Notes under the pieces: model-generated
Told to the model about the DNA's origin: nothing
The model's database searches: none
The model's input: only the letters and a program-made list of their open reading frames with translations
Assembly (NCBI RefSeq): GCF_000284115.1
Contig: NC_017080.1
Coordinates: 1,350,001-1,382,000, forward strand
Origin: Phycisphaera mikurensis NBRC 102666
GTDB taxonomy: Bacteria; Planctomycetota; Phycisphaerae; Phycisphaerales; Phycisphaeraceae
Direction of reading: 5' to 3'
Length of the DNA: 32,000 bases
Translations under genes and position numbers: made by a program
Part shown: positions 1 through 6,618 of the stretch, piece after piece
Layout: each line of letters opens with the position of its first letter
Position numbering within the stretch: position 1 is the first letter of the stretch

Positions 1-1
1 T

Positions 2-166
2 TGCGGCGAAGTTTTCAGCCTTAAAGCTATGGATAGGCACAGGAGGCGTGTCCATTTCATACCAACGCCACAACAGTCTGCTATGGTGAAATGCCCGCAC
101 TGCCGGAAAGCCGTGAGGCAGTGCAATCTGCGAAAGCACATGGAAAAAATGCATCCTCAATCTTGA
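2..166 (+). CDS. C-terminal part of a small tandem C2H2 zinc-finger protein (5' end outside window), cassette cargo
   Basis: Open frame from the window edge: CGEVFSLKAMDRHRRRVHFIPTPQQSAMVKCPHCRKAVRQCNLRKHMEKMHPQS*. The second finger is C-x2-C-x11-H-x4-H and the first half-finger has the same C-x11-H-x4-H spacing. Stop lies 21 bp before an attC R'' box. Confidence 0.55.
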   Translation, partial: CGEVFSLKAMDRHRRRVHFIPTPQQSAMVKCPHCRKAVRQCNLRKHMEKMHPQS

Positions 167-187
167 AGGCCAGCTCGCCGGCGTGCG

Positions 188-297
188 GCCTAACTCGGCG
201 TTGCAGCGGACCGGCAGTGTGTGCGGGTTTACAGTGCTCCCCCCGGGTCCAGCTGCGTCGTCGCTCTGGCCGGCCGCTGAACGCTTCTTCGTTAGGC
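188..297 (+). mobile_element. attC site 1 (integron cassette recombination site), 110 bp
   Basis: R'' GCCTAAC...R' GTTAGGC. L'' GTT(G)CAGCGG(A)CCGG pairs with L' CCGGCCGCTGAAC, leaving extrahelical G and A. Outer pairing extends to GTGCGGCCTAAC/GTTAGGCCGCAC. Confidence 0.88.
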
Positions 298-461
298 CGC
301 ACCAAACCGGGCGGTTGGGCTCCGCTCCTCCGCACGCTGGCGGGCGTCGCCGCCGGCCGCTGCTCGGCGTGCTCGCCGCTCGGTTCGCTGCGTCGGCCGC
401 CGCGGCTCCAGCTCGCCGGTGCTCTCGTGCAGCCGGGCCCGTGGCACATCCGCCGCGTGCG

Positions 462-570
462 GCCTAACCAGGCAATGCAGCGGACCGGGGGTGTGCGCGG
501 GTTTACGGTGCTCGCCCGGATCCGGGCCGCCGTTGTGGTTGCCCGGCCGCTGATTGCTTCTTCGTTAGGC
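462..570 (+). mobile_element. attC site 2, 109 bp
   Basis: R'' GCCTAAC...R' GTTAGGC. L'' AAT(G)CAGCGG(A)CCGGG pairs with L' CCCGGCCGCTGATT; compensatory changes relative to site 1. Confidence 0.88.
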
Positions 571-648
571 CGCACCAGTGGAGTGGAAATGCACTGCGCT
601 ATGCCGCAATCACCAAGTGCCGTCTCTTCTTCTCTGGTGCGTTTCACA

Positions 649-1212
649 TCAGCTGCGTGGAGCGATCCTCGACTCTGCTACACCGGAGAAGAGTGATTCC
701 AGTCCCTTCTGCACGCGTTGAGCGAGGTCCGGCGTTGCGGCAATATCACCTGCTGAGAGATTCGCGGGGAACGCCGGGAGCTGGACCGATCGATCGCCAA
801 GTAGTACAACCCCCATCGTGCGGAGTACCTCGCGAAGTGCCGCGTCCGCGTGATGCGCGCCGGCGCGAGCGTTGATGACCAACACGGGCTTATCGGTCGC
901 GGCGGGCACGCTCACGAGCCACTCCAGCGTGTTCTTTATATGGGCGCTGATCCCGTGTGCGTACTCCGGGCTTGCGAGCAGCAGGCCGTCGCATGCTGCG
1001 ACCCACTCTCGGCAAGATGTAACGGTGCGCGGCGGGTCCGCCTCCAGGTCGGGATTGAAGAGCGGCAGCCGGGCCGGTAGGTCGGAGGTCTCCAGCTCGG
1101 CGTACTCCGGGAAGAGAGTTCGCGTCGCTTTGAGAACGCGCGCATGAACAGAATTGGCACGCAGGCTGCCGCACAGACCGGCAATTCGGACTTCCGGGCG
1201 AGTACGTGGCAC
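649..1212 (-). CDS. NADPH-dependent FMN reductase family protein
   Basis: 187 aa, flavodoxin-like fold motifs: IAGLCGSLRANSVHARVLKA...LPLFNPDLE...DGLLLASPEYAHGISAHIKNTLEWL. Located between attC 2 and attC 3, opposite to array orientation. Confidence 0.85.
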   Translation of the reverse strand: MPRTRPEVRIAGLCGSLRANSVHARVLKATRTLFPEYAELETSDLPARLPLFNPDLEADPPRTVTSCREWVAACDGLLLASPEYAHGISAHIKNTLEWLVSVPAATDKPVLVINARAGAHHADAALREVLRTMGVVLLGDRSVQLPAFPANLSAGDIAATPDLAQRVQKGLESLFSGVAESRIAPRS

Positions 1213-1296
1213 AGGACGCCTCGACTGTACCGCCGCGAGGGACGTCTCTTCTATCAGGTCCGCGGGGCCGTTAGGGACGCTCCTGCCATGTGAAAG

Positions 1297-1342
1297 CCGC
1301 GGACCGTCACATCCTCAAGCGTTCCGGCGCTCCAGTGCGCGG
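1297..1342. repeat. 46-bp palindromic element, degenerate copy
   Basis: CCGCGGACCGT then CCAGTGCGCGG at the expected offset (8/11 match to ACGGTCCGCGG). Confidence 0.4.
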
Positions 1343-1373
1343 CGCGGTCGTTTCTCGCGGGCCCCCGCGTGCG

Positions 1374-1482
1374 GCCTAACCAGGCGTTGCAGCGAACCGG
1401 CAGTGCTCGCAGGTTTACACTGCTCCTCCGGTTCTAGCTGCGTCGTCGCTCTGGCCGGCCGCTGAACGCTTCTTCGTTGGGC
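1374..1482 (+). mobile_element. attC site 3, 109 bp
   Basis: R'' GCCTAAC...R' GTTGGGC. L'' GTT(G)CAGCG pairs with L' CGCTGAAC. Central sequence similar to site 1. Confidence 0.85.
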
Positions 1483-1486
1483 GGCC

Positions 1487-1684
1487 ATTTCTCCAACTCG
1501 TTCCACAATCCGCCTGATCTCCTCCATCATCGCGACCGTGGCCTGCCTCGCGTTGCTGGCTTCGCTCTTGGTGCTCCTGCTTGCCCCACATCCGCTCATG
1601 GCACTGCCTGTCGTCATCTTCGGCGTCGGTGGGCTCGGTGCTGCGGCGGTGGCGTACTCCGCCAGTCGCGCTCCCGCCGCCTAA
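1487..1684 (+). CDS. small two-helix hydrophobic membrane protein, cassette cargo
   Basis: Frame reads ISPTRSTIRLISSIIATVACLALLASLLVLLLAPHPLMALPVVIFGVGGLGAAAVAYSASRAPAA*. Stop TAA lies inside a GCCTAAC box, as in classical cassettes. Start uncertain: ATT at 1487 or GTG at 1538. Confidence 0.45.
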   Translation: MSPTRSTIRLISSIIATVACLALLASLLVLLLAPHPLMALPVVIFGVGGLGAAAVAYSASRAPAA

Positions 1685-1700
1685 CGCTTCTCCGTTGGGC
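1679..1700 (+). mobile_element. truncated/degenerate attC (R''-like box joined to spacer and R' box)
   Basis: GCCTAAC-GCTTCTCC-GTTGGGC, then CGCACC as after sites 1 and 2. The internal ~85 bp seen in the other copies is missing. Confidence 0.5.
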
Positions 1701-1750
1701 CGCACCCAAAGCGGGCTTGTGCTGCTGCGCACATCCGCCGTCTCGCCAAG

Positions 1751-1796
1751 CCGCGGACCGTCGCGGGTTTCGGCGTCCCGGCCCCACGGTCCGCGG
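1751..1796. repeat. 46-bp palindromic element, perfect arms
   Basis: CCGCGGACCGT-N24-ACGGTCCGCGG. Confidence 0.85.
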
Positions 1797-2147
1797 CGCG
1801 GCGGCCTCGTGCGGTGCAGCTCCGCCGCTCATCCGGTCGCCCTCCCCGCCGCCTTCCACGCTCGCCGCGTGTGGTCCTACCGGTCGTCGGCCGTGCCCGC
1901 GGCGACCTGCAACACCGCCGCCGCCTGCGGCTGGGTCCTCCCCACGTCTTCGACCGCCGTGGGCCCCCGCGACCGCGAAACCATGGATCCGCCGTCCGTG
2001 AGCCTCCGAGCCTCGGACATCCCGCTCCGGCGGCTGGGAAGTCGAGAAGCGTTGGGCTGGACGCGGCCCTTGAGGTCGTTGGGCGGTGCTCTCGGGACGT
2101 TCAGGACCGCGACGCGGCCGCGGGTGTTGCGAGGCCGGTCCGGTCGC

Positions 2148-3071
2148 TCAGGGCTTCGAGGCGTCGCTGCCTCGGCCCTCGATCACGCCGACGACGCCGT
2201 TCTCCTGCGAGGACCGGTGCAGCGCGCCCTGCTCGTGCATCGCGGGGAGATCGGTGTGCTGGCGCTCGAACTGCATCGCGGCCATCTTGTCGAAGAGGCT
2301 CGGCACCGCTTTGGCCAGTGCCGTGTTGAGGTGGGCCATCGCGCCGACCTTCTGGACGTCGGTGGGGGAGGTCGCGGCTTCGAGGATGGCGTGAGCGACC
2401 TTCGTCGCCTCGATCATCGGGGTCGGCAGCTTCGCCTCTTGGTCGCGGAGGTTCCGGGCGTGCTGGGGGTAGGGCGTGTCCACGGCCGTGGGCTGGACGA
2501 GCGTGACCTTCACGCTGGCCTTCTCCACCTCTTCGAGCTCGATGCGGAAGGCGTCGTTGATGCCCTTGACCGCGTGCTTGCTCGCGGAGTAGACGCCCTG
2601 CATCGGGATGGTCGCGTCGGAGACCTCGCTGCCGACGTTGATGAGGGCTCCGCCTTGCACCTTCAGGTGCGGGATCGCCGCCTGGCAGCCGTTGAAGACG
2701 CCCCAGACGTTGGTGTCGAAGAGGCGCCTGGCGTCGTCGAGCGGAGTCTCCTCCATCGTGCCGTAGATGCTGACGCCGGCGTTGTTGACCCAGGTGTCGA
2801 TGCGGCCGAAGCGGTCGATCGCGGTTTGCGCCGCGGCGTCGACCTGCGCCCGGTCGGCGACGTCGCAGGTGGCGGTGGCGACGCGGCCTAGCGCGTCGGC
2901 CTCGGCTTCGAGCCGGCGGGCGATCTCGGCGAGGGCGTCGCCGCTGCGGGCGACCAGCACGACCGAGGCCCCGGCGCGCACGGCGGCCTCCGCGGTGGCC
3001 AGGCCGATGCCGCTGGAGGCGCCGGTGACGACGAGGACCTGCTCTTGGAGCGGCTTCAAGAAGATCGACAC
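2148..3071 (-). CDS. short-chain dehydrogenase/reductase (SDR)
   Basis: VTGASSGIGLATAEAAV, NNAG and YSASKHAVKG motifs. GTG start at 3071 is preceded by AAAGGAA. Confidence 0.9.
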   Translation of the reverse strand: MSIFLKPLQEQVLVVTGASSGIGLATAEAAVRAGASVVLVARSGDALAEIARRLEAEADALGRVATATCDVADRAQVDAAAQTAIDRFGRIDTWVNNAGVSIYGTMEETPLDDARRLFDTNVWGVFNGCQAAIPHLKVQGGALINVGSEVSDATIPMQGVYSASKHAVKGINDAFRIELEEVEKASVKVTLVQPTAVDTPYPQHARNLRDQEAKLPTPMIEATKVAHAILEAATSPTDVQKVGAMAHLNTALAKAVPSLFDKMAAMQFERQHTDLPAMHEQGALHRSSQENGVVGVIEGRGSDASKP

Positions 3072-3235
3072 GGCGGTTCCTTTCGGTGGGTGAAGAGGCG
3101 ATGCCCCCCCCAACGCTGCCCCGGATCCGTAGCGCCGCCCGGCCGCCGCGTCCAGCCCGGGACGCCGCGGATCCCGCGCTCCCGGGGGGCGGCGAACGGC
3201 CCCGTCGGCGGCGCGGTCGGTAGCCTCCGAGGCGG

Positions 3236-4636
3236 ATGAGCCCGCCGCCCAACGTCCTGCTGCTCTACGTCGACCAGCTGCGGTGGGACGCCCTGGGGTG
3301 CGCCGGCAACCCCGACGTGCTCACGCCCAACCTGGACGCGCTCGCGGCGCGGGGCACCCGCTTCACGCACCACTTCGTGCAGAATCCGGTGTGCATGCCC
3401 TCGCGGCTGTCGATGCTCACCGGCCGCTACCCCGCCAACCTCGGAATCACGGAGATGGCGGTGCCGGTCCCGCCGGGCACCGAGACGGTCGCGACGCGTT
3501 TCGCGGCGGCGGGGTACCGCACCGCCAACATCGGCAAGCTGCACTTCCTCCCGCACAGCAACCGGGACCACCGCGAGCCGCACCCGTCGTACGGCTTCCA
3601 CCACCTGGAGATCAGCGACGAGCCGGGCCCCTACGACGACGCCTACCGCGCCTTCGTGCGGCGTGTTGCACCAAAGCACCTGCCGGCGGTGTCGCTCCAC
3701 GTCGACCCGCCGGCGGCCCGCGTGCACCGGGAGGTGACCGGCCGGGACGACGGCATCCCGCACCCCAGAGCCTGGAGCCCTTGGACCACGGCGGCGGCGT
3801 CGGTCCCGTGGGACCTCACGCACACCGCCTTCGTCGGCCGCCGCGTGCGCGACTTCCTCGGGAACCAGGCGGCCGGCGGAACGCCCTTCTTCTGCGTCGC
3901 GGGCTTCTACAGCCCGCACTCGCCGCTGGTCGCGCCGCAGCGCTTCCTGGACCTCTACGACCCCAAGTCACTCACGCCGCTGCCCGAGCCCGACGACCGC
4001 GCCGGGCTCGACGACCCGGAGCACCGGCGGCAGGCGCTGCACGGCTACTACGCGATGATCAGCGAGGTCGATCACTGGGTCGGCGAGATCCTCAGCGAGC
4101 TGGCGCGGGCGGGCCACGCGGAGGACACCGTCGTCGCCTTCACGGGCGACCACGGCGAGTCCCTCGGCGACTTCGGCCGCTGGGGCAAGTCCTTCCCCGG
4201 GGAGGACTGCGTCTCGCGGGTGCCGCTGCTGGTGGCGAGCCCCGGGCAGCGGCCGGGTGTGTGCGACGCGCTCGTGGAGGCGGTCGACCTGGTGCCGACG
4301 CTGTGCGAGCTCTGCGGCGTGGTGCCCTCGCCGGACCTCGACGGGGCGAGCCTCCGGGCGGCGATCGACGCGCCGGCAGCTTTCGCGGGCAAGGGCGAGG
4401 TGCTGATGGAGGGCAGCCTGCGCAAGCCCGCGTGGCGCTCGATCCGCACGCGGACGCATCGCTACGTGCTCGACGCGGCGGGCGAGGAGATCGTCCACGA
4501 GCTGGCCGAGCCCTTCGGTGAGAGCCGCAACGCGGCGGGCGAGATCGACCCGGCGGTGCTTGCGGAGCTGCGGCACCGGCTGGCGACGCGTGTGATCGCG
4601 TCGCACCGCGGGAGCCCGGCGGTGTGGCCGTATTGA
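3236..4636 (+). CDS. arylsulfatase-type sulfatase (S1 family)
   Basis: NVLLLYVDQLRWDALG...NPVCMPSRLSMLTGRYP (C-x-P-S-R)...GDHGESLGD. Confidence 0.93.
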   Translation: MSPPPNVLLLYVDQLRWDALGCAGNPDVLTPNLDALAARGTRFTHHFVQNPVCMPSRLSMLTGRYPANLGITEMAVPVPPGTETVATRFAAAGYRTANIGKLHFLPHSNRDHREPHPSYGFHHLEISDEPGPYDDAYRAFVRRVAPKHLPAVSLHVDPPAARVHREVTGRDDGIPHPRAWSPWTTAAASVPWDLTHTAFVGRRVRDFLGNQAAGGTPFFCVAGFYSPHSPLVAPQRFLDLYDPKSLTPLPEPDDRAGLDDPEHRRQALHGYYAMISEVDHWVGEILSELARAGHAEDTVVAFTGDHGESLGDFGRWGKSFPGEDCVSRVPLLVASPGQRPGVCDALVEAVDLVPTLCELCGVVPSPDLDGASLRAAIDAPAAFAGKGEVLMEGSLRKPAWRSIRTRTHRYVLDAAGEEIVHELAEPFGESRNAAGEIDPAVLAELRHRLATRVIASHRGSPAVWPY

Positions 4637-4665
4637 GCCGCGGTCCGGCGGGTCGCGGTGGAGGT

Positions 4666-6509
4666 TCAGCCGCGGGCGATCTCGATTGCGGCGGCGTCGA
4701 AGGCGGCGGCGCCGATCGCGCCGCCGGCACGGCTGCCCCGGTGGACGGCGGCGACGGACCACCCGGCCGCGAGCCGCAGCGGGGCCGTCGCCTCGCCCGG
4801 GGCGGCGTCGACCGGGACCAGCACGCGGCGGTCGCCCGCGAGGGCGTGCTCGATCGAGCCCAGGCGCGGGTGACGGGCGGAGGCGACGCGGCTCGTGTCG
4901 CCAGCGTCGCCCAGCCGGTGCCGGGTGAGCACGAGGTTGCCGTCGGGCTCGGCGGCGAGCACCTCGGCGCGGTCGCCCGCGGCGGAGAGCTCCAGCTCCC
5001 AGCGGGCGGAGGAGGCGTGGGGAACGCCCCCCGGGCAACTCGGTGCGGAGGCCCCCGCCCACCGGCCGCGGGAACCGCCGGTGCAGGTGGACGCCGAAGA
5101 CGCGACCCAGGTCGTTCACGTGCGCGTCGTCGATGGCGACGAGCACGCGAACCCCCGCCCGCGCCCGCTGCTCCAGCTCGCGGGCGAGAGGCGCCCGCAT
5201 CGCGGTGAGGCCGGTGGCCGAGGGCACGATCCGCAGCGGCAGGTCCGGGATTGGGCCGCTGCTCGCGGCGTAGACGACGTCGAGCCCCGCCTGCCGGGCG
5301 AGCACCCATGCATCGCAGGCGGCGGCCCGGGGATCTTGCTCCGGCTTAAGGGTCACCGCCGCTTCGGCTCGCCGCGCCGGAAGCCGCCCGAAGGGCATCC
5401 CCGCCGCCGCCTCCGCCACCTCGCCCAGCGCCGCCAGGGCCGGCTTCTCCGAGCCGTCCCCGCGGACCAGGCCCAGCTTCCGTTCATCCGCCACCCACCC
5501 GCACGGCGGGTGCGTAAGCGCGTCCTGGTCGGAGGCGTACCACCACATCGCGGCCCGGCCGCCGTGCTGCCAGAGGCTCCAGGCCGACGCGCGGAGGAAG
5601 TCGGCCGAGCGTTCGTCATCGCACACGGTCGGGCCCATGCTGCCGATCTCCTCGGCGGAGCACGGTCTGCCGGAGAGGTCGGCGTGCAGCCGGGTCTCGC
5701 AGGCGGCGTGGGCGATCGGCCGCAGCGTGTCGGTGGGGTCGTTCCCGGCGTGGTCCACCCAGAAGGCGTGCGGGTGCGTGGTCAAGACGTCGATCCGCTC
5801 GCCCTGGTCGTCGATCCGCCAGCTGGCCAGGCCGGCCGCGTCGTCGCGGTCCACCTCCACCCTCAGCGTGTGCACGCCCAACACCAGCGGGCGGGTGGGA
5901 TCGGCCGCCTTGCTCGTCCCGGCGAGCAGGGCGGTCCACGCGTAGGCGGCTTCCCGCGAGAGGGTCTTGCCGTGCTCGTTGCACTCGTTGCCCAGGTCCC
6001 GGGCGGCGATGGCCCCGGCGTGCTTCGTGCGCCCGATGATCCCGCGGCACAGGCGGACCTGCCGCTGCATCGACAGCAGGCTGGTGATCGGGCCGAGGTG
6101 CGCCAGGCCCGGCGGGGCGAAGCGTCGGCCGCTCACGTGCCCGGTCACCAGGCCGACGGAGAGCTTCAGCCCCCGCTCGCCGGCGAGCCCGCAGAAGCGG
6201 TCGAAGCGCCGAAGCATCGCCGGGTCGAGCTCCTCGCGGTTGGGCAGGGGCGAGCCGTCGGCGATCGTGTCGCCGAAGGGCTCGCCGCGGCCGCTGTCGA
6301 GCCGATGGATCGGCTGGAAGTCCGACCACAGCGGAAACACGCGCAGCAGCGTGACGCTCGCGGCCGCGAGCGTTTGTGGATCGGCCGCGACCACGTCTTC
6401 GCGCCGGTCGCTCAACACGGCCTCTCCCGCGGGCGACGCCCAGTGGTCCGCGCACCGCCAGCCCGCCGGCGGGCAGCAGCGTCTCGACGGCTTGCTCGAT
6501 CTCGTCCAT
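4666..6509 (-). CDS. putative (beta/alpha)8-barrel glycoside hydrolase, disrupted by a frameshift
   Basis: LLRVFPLWSDFQPIH, DLGNECNEHGK and MWWYASDQDALTHPPCGW motifs in the 6418 frame. The conserved-looking C-terminus continues in another frame after a G6 run (plus-strand C6 at 5027-5032). N-terminus uncertain. Confidence 0.6.
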
Positions 6510-6549
6510 CCCGAATGGGATGCCGCGTCCGCGTGAACGCCGCAGACGC

Positions 6550-6595
6550 CCGCGGACCGTGGGCGTCGGGAGGCGAAACCGCCGACGGTCCGCGG
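6550..6595. repeat. 46-bp palindromic element, perfect arms
   Basis: CCGCGGACCGT-N24-ACGGTCCGCGG (arms extend to CCCGCGGACCGT/ACGGTCCGCGGG). Confidence 0.88.
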
Positions 6596-6618
6596 GATCG
6601 GGTCCTTGGGCTCCGCGG

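Noticed and set aside
81-696. Long ORFs across attC sites 1 and 2 on both strands
   Set aside because: They read straight through structured attC sites; apparent repeated peptides come from the repeated DNA, not repeated protein domains.
188-1700. CRISPR array interpretation of the left-end repeats
   Set aside because: Repeats are ~110 bp, irregularly spaced and fold as attC sites; no cas genes.
1581-2891. 436-aa plus ORF
   Set aside because: Mostly antisense to the SDR gene and crosses a 46-bp palindrome; no recognisable domain.
6550-6595. Palindromes interpreted as rho-independent terminators
   Set aside because: Loop is 24 nt, no T-tract follows, and several copies lie inside coding sequence. 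The real terminator-like hairpin at 25237-25269 looks different.
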